Shown here: one piece after another, positions 1 through 9,645 of the stretch
Layout: every line of letters starts with the position of its first letter
Numbering within the stretch: position 1 is the stretch's first letter
Assembly: GCA_021836035.1 (NCBI GenBank)
Contig: JAKBJL010000001.1
Coordinates: forward strand, 223,765-287,764
DNA from: a bacterium
GTDB taxonomy: Bacteria > Patescibacteriota > Microgenomatia > JAMCZE01
DNA: 64,000 nucleotides
Reading direction: 5' to 3'
The notes under the pieces: generated by a model
What the model saw: only the letters and a program-made list of their open reading frames with translations
What the model was told of the DNA's origin: nothing
Database searches by the model: none
Program-made: the position numbers and the translations under genes

Positions 1-74
1 TGTCCGTAGAGGAGAATAAAACAACGCATTCAATTTATAGAATTACCAATACAGACACAAACGAGAAACCTGGA

Positions 75-830
75 ATGCCTTTAAATAGTTATCTAATAGA
101 AATAAACCTTGCTCCTGCTGATGACCTAAAAACTTTTAAACAACGTGCCGGTATTGTTGAAATGACCGGCGAGAAGATAGCGGTTACTATTAAAGATATT
201 AAAATTGATGGATATCCGGCGGTGGAAGTTGAATACCCTAAGGGTTATGAACAAAACAAGAATTATTTTATTGAAGGCAAAAATATTAATGTCCTTATTG
301 CCGGCACAGGAACTAACGGGGGGACCTATCACCAAGTTCTTGACCAAATCCTCGGGACTTTTAAATTTACAGAACAAAACAATAATACTCCTACACCCTC
401 ACAGGTTCCGGTACTTTCCAAAAAGCTTTTATCTACTGTAGGTTGGCGGATTGCCTCTAATAATACTTTTTCAGTCAAATACCCCGCCGATATCTACAAT
501 CCCCAAATAATGGAAAAATCAATACAATTAGTTCCTAAAACCAATGTCGGCAATGACCGGACAAAAAGTCCGGATTTCCTGGTAGCGGATAACTATAGCG
601 GGGGTTCAAGAAGAGGGTGGTATGCGAATACTTATTCTTTCTATCCTTCTGAAGTGGCGGCCACGGAGGTTTTACTTGGTAATATAAGCGCTTTGGAGGT
701 ACGGCCTAACAGCCAGAAGACAATAGATAGTATTTTGGTCACAAAAGGAAATACTTTGTTGGGTATTAAAGTTCAGTCTGCAGATTTACAGACGGTGGAA
801 ACGATGGTCTCCACAATTGTTTTTAAATGA
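75..830 (+). CDS. hypothetical protein; carries the YDQILGTFKF-type motif shared with the 2326..3291 protein (paralogous domain)
   Basis: Intact ORF. A 30-nt near-identical stretch (gaccaaatcctcgggacNtttaaattta) is shared with the 2326 gene. No catalytic motif recognised. Confidence 0.45.
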   Translation: MPLNSYLIEINLAPADDLKTFKQRAGIVEMTGEKIAVTIKDIKIDGYPAVEVEYPKGYEQNKNYFIEGKNINVLIAGTGTNGGTYHQVLDQILGTFKFTEQNNNTPTPSQVPVLSKKLLSTVGWRIASNNTFSVKYPADIYNPQIMEKSIQLVPKTNVGNDRTKSPDFLVADNYSGGSRRGWYANTYSFYPSEVAATEVLLGNISALEVRPNSQKTIDSILVTKGNTLLGIKVQSADLQTVETMVSTIVFK

Positions 831-859
831 AATCTTCTGCAAAAGCCAGAAATATATTA

Positions 860-928
860 ATGATATTTCTGGTGGCCCCTCTATTAGCTTACGCTTCCGC
901 TGCGGGATATTTTTATCTCCAAAACTAG
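860..928 (+). pseudogene. relic of the 5' end (signal-peptide region) of a paralog of the 2326..3291 gene
   Basis: The 22-codon ORF MIFLVAPLLAYASAAGYFYLQN* matches the signal peptide ...LLASVSAAGYFYLQYRR of the 2326 ORF. The ~30-nt stretch ttccgctgcgggNtatttttatct is near-identical at 2391-2420. The following 830-2300 region has only overlapping ORFs on both strands. Confidence 0.4.
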
Positions 929-1609
929 CAGCTAAAACAACCGCCGTTAGTTATGCCTCCGATTACTGTAGCTCCGCCTGTTGATCCTACAGCTAATCCC
1001 GGTTAAATCGGAGCCAATTGGAAAACATACGCGAACTCTAAATATGGTTATGAATTTAAATGTTCGGATAAATAAACTCATAACACAAAGGTTACAAATG
1101 GTAATGGCAAAACCACCCCTTTGTATCAAGAGGGTTGTTTTGAAGGGCAAAACCAATTTAGGACTTCTGTTTTTAAACGACGAAATATTAACCAATTAAG
1201 TAAAGACGAAATTGAGAGGGAATTAAGCGACGGCACCGCCCCGGATTTACGGCGGAAGTCGGAACTTACCCCTTTTAGAATTAAAGCGGTAAAAGCCGGC
1301 AACGGGCCGGGTTCCTGGGGGGGTTTGGCCCTTCCGGGGAAAAGCGGGGTTACCCGTAACTTTTTTATCTCCGGGCTCACGAGCTTAGTGCTTTTGCGGT
1401 AAGATTTAACCGGACCGTTCGGGAAGAGCCTGCCGATGCCCGCGTAGAACATCTGTGGGATATGGAAATGTTTTACAAAGGCCAGACACCGCTTCTTTAT
1501 GCATGAACATTTAGAAAACTTAAGTTGTCTGACCCCTGATTCCAAATTCTATTTTCGAATTCTGTCACGCTCTACCGTAGGCACTTTTTACGGGAGAATA
1601 ATTTTTAAA

Positions 1610-2065
1610 CTATCGTCCGCCAATAGAATCAAGCGCTTTACCGATAGCTCCCATAACCCGGGGGAAGCGTTGCTCAAGATTGTTCCATGTTCTATCCAGC
1701 AGATCTGACTGGGAAGACTTATGAACATTATCTTGCAATGCGGTAAACTTAGTTTCAAATTTATCCCCCTCTTGTTGCCCGGCTGAAGCTTGCAAGTCGT
1801 GTCTAACCTGTTCCATCTGCCTAGATGCCGGCGTTCCGCTATACTTATCCCCGCGGCCTTGCTCATAGCGCCTTATTTTTGTTTCTGCTGCGCGACTGGA
1901 CTGAGAGCCTCTAATTTCTGACAATGAGACGGGTTTTCCGTTGAGAGTCGACTCGCCATCGACCATTCGCACTCGGGATATATCTTTTTCCGAAAGTCTT
2001 CCAAACTCATCTTTGCCTTCAGCCATAGCTAGATTAGTATAAGGCTGCCACTTGGAAGAAGTCAA
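1610..2065 (-). CDS. hypothetical protein (uncertain; lies in a possibly degraded region)
   Basis: 151-aa ORF with no recognisable motifs. It overlaps other short ORFs. Confidence 0.25.
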   Translation of the reverse strand: MTSSKWQPYTNLAMAEGKDEFGRLSEKDISRVRMVDGESTLNGKPVSLSEIRGSQSSRAAETKIRRYEQGRGDKYSGTPASRQMEQVRHDLQASAGQQEGDKFETKFTALQDNVHKSSQSDLLDRTWNNLEQRFPRVMGAIGKALDSIGGR

Positions 2066-2325
2066 TTAGAAGCGATTGGTGGGGCCAAACGGCGGAATCG
2101 GAAACCGTTTTAACAACACCATTCTTGATTACTACCTTTTTGGCTTTCTTTTGTGAGCTCCCCTCTTTGCCCGCCGAAACTACGTTAATATCCCCTTAGT
2201 TGTTATAACCATCTATATCGTTTTTAAAACCCGTGGTTTTTATGTTAAAGGGGGATCAAAAGTCCAATAGGTACCGGACAGGACATTATATTGACAACCT
2301 ATTTTACGCCTGACACAATGAAACT

Positions 2326-3291
2326 GTGATGAAGAATAGGGGGAATATTCTGGTAGTCGTGCTTGCGGTTTTTCTTTTGGCTTCAGTTTCCGCTGCGGGC
2401 TATTTTTATCTTCAATACCGGCGCATAAAACCTGAGCCTACCAAAACCCAGCTTGTCCCTTCGGGGACCCTGATTCCCACCCAAGCCCGGGATAAAACGG
2501 TTAACTGGAAAGAATATACGAATTCTAGATTTGGATTTAAGTTAAAGTATCCTGATTCCTGGTATGTCGACGATAAATCCAATAATAATTATGTTTTTAT
2601 AAATGCGGAAAAGGAGAAACAGATGACACTTGCGAGTTCCAGCGGGAATATTGTTATTTGGCTTATGTCGGAGGATGTGAAAGCTAAGACCATTGATGAT
2701 TTCATGGACAATTTTATGTCGTCAATTAATCCAGCAACCGGTACTAAAGAGAATATAGTTTATAAGTACCTAAACAAAACTACGGTTGGTGGTAAAAATG
2801 CCTGGCTGACAACCGGGGGCTGTTGCGGATCAAACGGAAAGAACATTTTTGTTCTGGGGGATAGGAAATTATTAGTTATTACCCTGGAAGAAATAACTAA
2901 CCCCGACTTTTCTAAAAATATACCTATTTATGACCAAATCCTCGGGACGTTTAAATTTATTGAGGGAACTCCCGAAGAGCCCCGGGTAACTGTCCCGGTA
3001 GCAAATAGCAAAGTAACCAACCCGCTTACAATTTCCGGGACGGTACCTCCCGGCTGGATGTTTGAGGGGGTATTCCCCCTGAAACTTACGGACGCAACCG
3101 GAAAAGTTATTGCCGAAGGCCGGGGGAAAGAAACCGTTCCCGGTTCCTGGCAGAGCGGCAAAGCGGCCGTTTTCTCGGCAAAAATTACTTTTTCGACTAC
3201 CGCTAAATCCGGCCTTCTGGTTTTAAGTAACGACAACCCCGGCGGTGATCCGGCTAAATTAAAATCTTTCAGTATCCCGGTAAATTTTTGA
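2326..3291 (+). CDS. secreted/membrane-anchored hypothetical protein with N-terminal TM/signal segment; paralog of the 75..830 domain
   Basis: N-terminal hydrophobic segment LVVVLAVFLLASVSAAG and the shared IYDQILGTFKFIEG motif. C-terminal Gly/Pro-rich region. Confidence 0.55.
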   Translation: MMKNRGNILVVVLAVFLLASVSAAGYFYLQYRRIKPEPTKTQLVPSGTLIPTQARDKTVNWKEYTNSRFGFKLKYPDSWYVDDKSNNNYVFINAEKEKQMTLASSSGNIVIWLMSEDVKAKTIDDFMDNFMSSINPATGTKENIVYKYLNKTTVGGKNAWLTTGGCCGSNGKNIFVLGDRKLLVITLEEITNPDFSKNIPIYDQILGTFKFIEGTPEEPRVTVPVANSKVTNPLTISGTVPPGWMFEGVFPLKLTDATGKVIAEGRGKETVPGSWQSGKAAVFSAKITFSTTAKSGLLVLSNDNPGGDPAKLKSFSIPVNF

Positions 3292-3325
3292 CCCCTAACG
3301 CCGTACTGCGAATCCCCCCGCTTTT

Positions 3326-3337
3326 GTGGTATATAAT
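3326..3337 (+). promoter_or_regulatory. extended -10 promoter (TGgTATATAAT) upstream of dnaG-rpoD
   Basis: Sequence cttttgtggtatataatcc lies ~70 nt upstream of the dnaG ATG. The -35 is weak. Confidence 0.35.
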
Positions 3338-3405
3338 CCAGCTAATTAGCTAAAAGCTAAAATCTTTTGCTATTTGCCATTTGCTATTGGCTATTTGCCG
3401 AAGGT

Positions 3406-5217
3406 ATGTCCGATTTAGATTTAATTAAACAAAAACTCGATATTGTCCAGTTCATCTCCGAATACGTGCCCTTAAAAAAGGCGGGCCGGAATTTTACCGG
3501 ACTTTGCCCTTTCCATTCCGAAAAAACCCCCTCCTTCGTTGTTTCTCCGGACCGGCAGATCTGGCATTGTTTCGGCGCCTGCCAAACGGGGGGCGATATT
3601 GCCGGTTTTTTAATGCGGATCGAAAATCTGGAATTCCCCGAAGCCTTAAGGACCCTGGCTAAAAGGGCGGGGGTGGCCTTAAAAACTTATGAATCCACGG
3701 AAACTTCCCGCCTGCGGGATAAGATTTTGGAAATCAACCATCTGGCCGCGGAATATTATCATTATATTTTAACTTCCCACCTGGTCGGCGAGCCGGCCCG
3801 GGAATATCTTACTGACCGCCAAATTTCCGAAGGGTCACTTAAGCTTTTTAAAATCGGCTACGCCCCGCGGGCCTGGGACAGTTTAATTAAATACCTGACC
3901 AAAAAAGGTTATACGACGCCGGATTTAAATATTGCCGGTTTGGTATCTCTAAGCGACAAAGGACACGCTTTCGACCGTTTCCGGGGGCGGGTAATTTTTA
4001 CCCTTTTTGACCACCGCGACAATGTTGTCGGTTTTGCCGGCCGTCTTTTGGATCCGGAAGCTAAAGAAGCCAAGTACATCAACACCGCCGAGACCCCGGT
4101 TTATACCAAGGGTAATGTTTTATACGGTTTAAATGTTACCCGCGAAGCGATCAAAGCCGCGGGCAGCGCGGTAGTGGTCGAGGGGGAAATCGACGCCATC
4201 CAAAGTTTCCAGGCGGGGATTAAAAACGTGGTGGCGATCAAGGGTTCGGCCCTAACCGAAGGCCAGGTAAGTTTGCTGAAGCGTTATACGGAAAATATTA
4301 TTCTTTCTTTGGATGCGGATTTTGCCGGCGACAGCGCCGCCCGGCGCGGGATTGAAACGGCGGATAAAGCGGGCCTAAGTATTAAGGTAGTCCGTCTGCT
4401 TTACGGCAAAGACCCGGATGATTGTGTTAAAAAAGACCCCGGGCTTTGGCAAAAATCCGTGGATTCCGCCGTCCCTTTTTACGATTTTATTATCGATAGC
4501 GCTTTAAGCCGTTTTGATAAAACCACCGCTGACGGTAAAGGGAAAATTGTCTCCGCGGCGGCTAAATATTTAGTTGCCGTGGAAAATATGATTGTTAAGG
4601 ACCACTATGTGAAGCGTTTATCCGCGCTGCTTGCTATCTCCGAAGAAGCGATTAACGCGGAAATGGAGCGTGAAGCCCGGAAAGCGAGCCTGGGAACCGG
4701 CCCCGAAACGGTTGCGGCGTCTCCCGACATGGTCGGGACAAGCCGGGCCCAAAGTGTCGAAGAGTACCTGCTGGCCTTGCTTTTACAATGTTGTTGCCCC
4801 TGGGACCATGTGGTTCTGATTAAAAAAAGGCTCTTGCCGGCCGATTTTGCCAGTCCCGCCCGCGGGCGCATTTACGAACTGCTTTTGGCTACGGATGAAG
4901 CCTATAAGGCAGCCGATTTTATTAAAAACTTGCCGCCGGAGTTAATGGAACTGGCGGATAAACTCTACCTACTAAATGTCGGGGATATCCCTGATGATCC
5001 GGTGAAGGCGGGGGCGGAAATTTCCCTGGCTGCCTGGGAGGTTCGGGAGCTTTCCCTGCGGGAAAAATTGCGCCAAATAAGCCTGGAGATTAAGGCTCAG
5101 GGGCTCGCGGAAGAAAAAAAGCTGGAGACGGAATTTGACACTATCTCCCGGGAATTGCAGACGCTTCTGCGGTCCCGGGCGCTGGTAACGGAAGGTTCCT
5201 TAGCCTTGAAACAGTAA
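3406..5217 (+). CDS. dnaG: DNA primase DnaG
   Basis: CHC2 zinc finger [30 protein letters not shown] and Toprim motifs ([23 protein letters not shown]). The track ORF starts at TTG 3367; the ATG at 3406 (MSDLDLIKQ) is more likely. Confidence 0.9.
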   Translation: [603 protein letters not shown]

Positions 5218-5244
5218 GGGGTAAAGCGTAGAATTGCAGTTGCT

Positions 5245-6384
5245 ATGCCAAAAACGCCCAAATCCGCCAAGCCCAAAACTTCTGATAAACCAGCACGCAC
5301 AACGATTCCCCTGCCGCTCGGAGCTGAGGAATTGCTGAAAAAGGGCAAAGATTCGGGGTTTGTAACCCAGGAAGAAGTTTTAACCGTTTTCCCCAAAGCC
5401 GAAGACCACCTTGTCGAACTGGACGAATTCTATGACCGGCTGTTAAAAACCAATATCGATCTTTTTGAAACCACGGCCGGGGAGTTGGAAGAGGCTAATA
5501 AATCGGTTTCGGACCTGGAGAAAGAGTTGGAAGCCCTTGCCGCCCTGGAAGAAGTCGGCTCGACGGATCCCGTTCGCATGTATTTAAAGGAGATCGGTAA
5601 AGTTAAGCTCTTAAACGCCAAGGAGGAAGTGGATTTAGCGAAAAAAGCGGAAAAGGGCGATAAAAAAGCTAAAGCAAAACTGATTGAATCCAACCTGCGA
5701 TTGGTTGTTTCCATCGCTAAGCGCTACGTCGGGCGGGGGATGACCATGCTCGATTTGATTCAAGAAGGAAACCAGGGCTTAATCCGGGCGACGGAAAAAT
5801 ACGACTGGAGGAGGGGCTATAAATTTTCTACCTACGCTACCTGGTGGATCCGCCAGGCTATTACTCGGGCGATTGCCGACCAGGCCAGAACAATCCGGAT
5901 TCCAGTTCACATGGTGGAAACGATCAACCGTTTTATCCGGACCAAAAACAGGTTGACGGCGGAAATGGGGCACGAACCGACACCGGAAGAGATTGCCCGG
6001 GAAATGCAGGTTGATATCGGCAAAGCCCGGGAAATTATGAAAATTTCCCAGGAACCGACGAGTTTGCAGACCAAAATCGGCGACGATGAAGACAGCGTTC
6101 TGGGCGATTTTATTCAGGATGTTACCCAGCCGTCGCCTTACGACCAGACGAGCAAAGTACTGCTTCGGGAACAACTGGAAGAAGTTTTAGCGACGTTAAA
6201 CGACCGCGAGCGAAAAGTTTTAATCATGCGTTTCGGTCTGGAAGACGGCCGGCCGCGCACTTTGGAAGAAGTCGGCAAGGCTTTCGGAGTTACCCGCGAG
6301 CGGATCCGCCAAATAGAAGCGAAGGCAATTAGAAAACTAAAGCACCCTTCTAGGGCTAAAAAATTAAAGGATTACCTCGAGTAA
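5245..6384 (+). CDS. rpoD: RNA polymerase sigma-70 factor RpoD/SigA
   Basis: Region 2 [53 protein letters not shown] and a region 4 HTH. Classical dnaG-rpoD arrangement. Confidence 0.92.
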   Translation: MPKTPKSAKPKTSDKPARTTIPLPLGAEELLKKGKDSGFVTQEEVLTVFPKAEDHLVELDEFYDRLLKTNIDLFETTAGELEEANKSVSDLEKELEALAALEEVGSTDPVRMYLKEIGKVKLLNAKEEVDLAKKAEKGDKKAKAKLIESNLRLVVSIAKRYVGRGMTMLDLIQEGNQGLIRATEKYDWRRGYKFSTYATWWIRQAITRAIADQARTIRIPVHMVETINRFIRTKNRLTAEMGHEPTPEEIAREMQVDIGKAREIMKISQEPTSLQTKIGDDEDSVLGDFIQDVTQPSPYDQTSKVLLREQLEEVLATLNDRERKVLIMRFGLEDGRPRTLEEVGKAFGVTRERIRQIEAKAIRKLKHPSRAKKLKDYLE

Positions 6385-6499
6385 ATATTCGCAGCACGAA
6401 GCACGAATTCCGAATCAGTTTTCCGAATCCTGAACCCAAAACGTTTTTAACATTAGAATCTCCGTCATTTGAATTTGTTTCGGATTCCGATATTCGGAT

Positions 6500-7033
6500 T
6501 TATCTTGCGAGCGGGCAGGAATTCCAGAGCCCCCTATTGTTGTCGCGCGCTTCGCGTTCCGCGGTTAAAAATTGATCGGCGAATTTAACGTCCGGCGGAA
6601 AAGTAGCCGCCCGGGCAAAGCCTTCCCGGACTAAATAATCGTTGACGAAAATGTCGTCTACATAGACGTAGCGCAGCAGTCGGCCGTATTTGTCGGTTTC
6701 GGAGACATCTTTTACCATGCGGACGGTTTTTCCTAATACCAGCTGTTCGTTTTTGGTCTTTGCTTCTTCCCCGAAGCATTGGACCGGCTTGCGCGGGTCC
6801 ACCGTTTCCGGGGTATCAATCCCGATATAGCGGACTTTTTGGCCGTTTTCTAGTTCAATTGTATCTCCGTCCACTATCCGGGTAACCAGCGTCCCGGAAC
6901 CGGAAGCAACCGGCGGCGCGGGGATAAGGGAAAGATGAGGTGTCTGGCTTAGCCCACGGGGAAAGGGGAAATAATAGGGGACGAGGACGATAACGGCAAG
7001 AGCTACGAGAAAAAGCGCCGACAATTGTTTCAC
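6500..7033 (-). CDS. thermonuclease (staphylococcal nuclease/SNase-like), membrane-anchored
   Basis: TRIVDGDTIELENGQKVRYIGIDTPE is an SNase Ca-binding/catalytic signature. N-terminal TM LFLVALAVIVLV. Confidence 0.7.
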   Translation of the reverse strand: MKQLSALFLVALAVIVLVPYYFPFPRGLSQTPHLSLIPAPPVASGSGTLVTRIVDGDTIELENGQKVRYIGIDTPETVDPRKPVQCFGEEAKTKNEQLVLGKTVRMVKDVSETDKYGRLLRYVYVDDIFVNDYLVREGFARAATFPPDVKFADQFLTAEREARDNNRGLWNSCPLAR

Positions 7034-7074
7034 TAGCCGTAATATACCACGTAAAAGCTTTATGAGAACGGCCG

Positions 7075-7563
7075 CTAGGGGTTTTGGCAGGCTTCCAAAA
7101 CAGAGGCCCCGGGGATTTTTTTAAGGTCCGCGGTCCGATACCGGAAGGTTTCCGTAAAACTGCCGGTTCCCCCGTTTAAAAATTCCCGGCTGAACACTGC
7201 CGGGTCAATATAGGTAGGAAGATTCGGGATATAGGGGCGGGCGGCGCCGAAAGGCAAGCCGGTCAACTTTTCAAATTCTTCTTTTGTCGCAAACCGGAGA
7301 TCGCTGATTTTTAGTGCCTTTTTAATTTTTTTAAAATCCAGGCGGTCATCCCCCTTTTTGAGAATTAAAATGAAGTGGTCGTCGGCTTTCATTACCAACG
7401 AAGCAACGCAATCGGCAACGGTTTTACCCAGATATTTTTGGACTTCTTCCGGGCTGACTAGGTAAGGGTGGGTAAAAACCTCGTGGCCAATTCCCAGCGA
7501 GGTGAGAGCTTGGCGGTAATCGACGACTGCCCGATTCATTTTAGTTTTTGCTTTCCCGCTCAA
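7075..7563 (-). CDS. YbaK/ProX-type aminoacyl-tRNA deacylase domain protein
   Basis: Size and conserved stretch HPYLVSPEEV...VMKADDHFILILKKGDDRLDFKKIKK...LPFGAARP are typical of the YbaK/ProX family. Confidence 0.55.
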   Translation of the reverse strand: MSGKAKTKMNRAVVDYRQALTSLGIGHEVFTHPYLVSPEEVQKYLGKTVADCVASLVMKADDHFILILKKGDDRLDFKKIKKALKISDLRFATKEEFEKLTGLPFGAARPYIPNLPTYIDPAVFSREFLNGGTGSFTETFRYRTADLKKIPGASVLEACQNP

Positions 7564-7795
7564 CAGTGATGGAGCACTCGGTAACTAAAGCGGCTATAGT
7601 ACCGACCGCGGCAAAGGCGGGAACGAGCACCGCCCCGACCACACCGACGGTCAGGGGAAATTCCACCAGAGTTTTCCCCTCCTTATTTTTAATAATAATC
7701 TTGCGGATATTTCCTTCGCGGACCAGCTCTTTAAATTTTTTCAGCAGTTCGTCGCCCTTGATGTTAAAGGTTTCCGTTTTCGGTTTTTTCAGCAT
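7541..7795 (-). CDS. small DUF4342-like protein
   Basis: 84-aa protein with a KGDELLKKFKELVREGNIRKIIIKNKEGKTLVEFPLTVGVVGAVL pattern. Confidence 0.35.
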   Translation of the reverse strand: MLKKPKTETFNIKGDELLKKFKELVREGNIRKIIIKNKEGKTLVEFPLTVGVVGAVLVPAFAAVGTIAALVTECSITVERESKN

Positions 7796-7839
7796 GGAGA
7801 TATCTTACCACCAAAAAGACGACCGGAAAAAATTTGAAA

Positions 7840-8595
7840 TTAAAAGTGAAATACCGTTTTGAGAGCGGAAATAAATTGCTGGACTAATAATTCCAAAGAA
7901 TTTTGTTTGGACTTAAGTTCTTCGTTTTCCTTCTCCAGCCGGGATACTTTAGTTTCTAATTCATTAAGGGCTTTATTGGTTTCGGATTGCTGATTGTCCG
8001 CGGCTTTTTCTTCTCTTCCCTTATTCTCCGGCACGGGCGTGGGGGATTTGGTTACCGTTATTTCCGTCCTTTCCTGCTCGTTAGTTACGGTGGGGGTAGT
8101 TTCCGCCTCCGTTTTATAAGTGTCGCTAATTCCTTTATTGCATACTTCCTGCATAACGGAGGCTTTTAGGTTTACTTTTTCGGAGTCGTTACTTTCCTGA
8201 ACTACCGTTAACTCGCCGTTTCTTTCCTCCCGCCTTAATCCCTGAATTGTAATATAGGTATCCATTTTTAAATACATCTCTGTTGTTTTAGAGGCAGATT
8301 CGGCTGGTTCGCTATGTAGCAGTTTCGAAGAGGTATCCCAAAATTTAATCCGGTAGGCGTTTGCTCCCGCTACGCTATCCCAACTTACGGTGGCCCAAGG
8401 CCAGTTATTCTTGCAGAAAAAGTTTCCGACCGTGACATTTTGGGGGTTTGGCAGGGCTACGCTTTGTTCGCTCAATACCATAGGTCTGTTGATCTTGTTT
8501 ATCAGAAGAATTACCAAAGCAAATACTCCTGCTAAAATGAGACCGTATAGGGGATTGGTGTAAAGCCGTACGGAACTGCCTTTTCTTATGCCCAT
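7840..8595 (-). CDS. membrane-anchored hypothetical protein with beta-rich (FN3-like) region and C-terminal coiled coil
   Basis: N-terminal TM LILAGVFALVILLI. The C-terminal TNKALNELETKVSRLEKENEELKSKQNSLE is coiled-coil-like. Confidence 0.4.
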   Translation of the reverse strand: MGIRKGSSVRLYTNPLYGLILAGVFALVILLINKINRPMVLSEQSVALPNPQNVTVGNFFCKNNWPWATVSWDSVAGANAYRIKFWDTSSKLLHSEPAESASKTTEMYLKMDTYITIQGLRREERNGELTVVQESNDSEKVNLKASVMQEVCNKGISDTYKTEAETTPTVTNEQERTEITVTKSPTPVPENKGREEKAADNQQSETNKALNELETKVSRLEKENEELKSKQNSLELLVQQFISALKTVFHF

Positions 8596-8697
8596 GTGTT
8601 TCTTAATTTAGTTTATCTTAGGCTGCCCGGCCGTGTCAAATTATTTTTCCTTAAATTCTATTCTCTTCTGGGTTCCCGGAGGGAAAGGTAGGTAGAC

Positions 8698-8907
8698 CTA
8701 CGGGGAAAAGCGGTTGGGGTTTTCGATCCGGCTCTTAACTTTATTGACGGCGTCATAAGCGCCCCGATAATTTTCTGTTTGCACATTGTCCACCCCGCTG
8801 GTTAATAATAAAGTCTTCCCCATCAGAAGTGCGGCAATTATTCCCAACGCGACGAGTACTATTCCAATTACCAGCCAGGTAATCATAGAGCCGGAGTTAG
8901 CTTTCAT
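8698..8907 (-). CDS. small membrane protein
   Basis: 69 aa with a single TM WLVIGIVLVALGIIAALLM. Confidence 0.3.
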   Translation of the reverse strand: MKANSGSMITWLVIGIVLVALGIIAALLMGKTLLLTSGVDNVQTENYRGAYDAVNKVKSRIENPNRFSP

Positions 8908-9120
8908 CTTCCACTCTTTTCATTTTACTCCCCGCCCGGGGAATGGTAAAATTACAACCGCAACTTGGAAATATAATAAAAGTTAATATTCCCCTGCCTG
9001 CCCGCCCTGGTCCCAAGCTTGTCGAGGGACGAAGGAGGGTAGCTAGAGGGATACTCAAAGAAAAAGAACATTTAAATTTTAATATTCCCCTGTAGCTCAG
9101 TTGGTAGAGCGCCTCGCTGT

Positions 9121-9619
9121 GGGGGTTCCCTGTCTGGTATACTCATATGTGTATGCCGGAGAAAAGAACATACGCTGATCGAGCAGAATACCTTAAGAAA
9201 GCAGCCACTGCCAGAAGGCGAAAGCTGAAACAGATGGTTGCAGAATATAAGGGCGGTAAATGTGGGCTCTGTGGTTATCGTCGATGTATTTGGGCATTAG
9301 ATTTGCACCACATCGACGAAAGTATGAAGGAATTCAGTATGTCTGTCAGAGGCCTAACAAGATCTTGGGAAAAGATTAAAGCCGAAGCAGATAAATGCAT
9401 TCTTATTTGTGCAAATTGCCACAGAGAAATTCACGCCGGCGTAACGCAGCTTCCCGTTGAAAAGCGGGAATGAAAATCAGGCTAATTCGGGGAAGACCCG
9501 GCTTTGCGGGTTAATCCCGAGCTAAATAAAATGTGTAGAGACTATATACCTGAGACCTAAACCTTAAAATGGCATGGTCAAGAGATAGTCCAAGCCTTTA
9601 AGTAATTAAAGGGCACTTG
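9121..9619 (+). mobile_element. group I self-splicing intron with embedded HNH homing-endonuclease ORF
   Basis: The 5' exon ends in U and the intron ends in G (cacttG|TAA). Core elements in canonical order: P-like AATTCGGGGAAG (9485-9496), Q-like AATCCCGAGC (9513-9522), R-like GTGTAGAGACTATA (9532-9546), S-like AAGAGATAGTCC (9580-9591). P4 and P7 pairing is possible. Confidence 0.7.
9147..9473 (+). CDS. HNH (His-Me finger) homing endonuclease, intron-encoded
   Basis: CGLCGYRRCIWALDLHHIDES...CANCHREIH carries the HH...N...H motif with flanking Cys pairs. It lies entirely inside the intron. Confidence 0.7.
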   Translation: MCMPEKRTYADRAEYLKKAATARRRKLKQMVAEYKGGKCGLCGYRRCIWALDLHHIDESMKEFSMSVRGLTRSWEKIKAEADKCILICANCHREIHAGVTQLPVEKRE

Positions 9620-9645
9620 TAACGAGGATGTCGTAGGTTCGAGTC

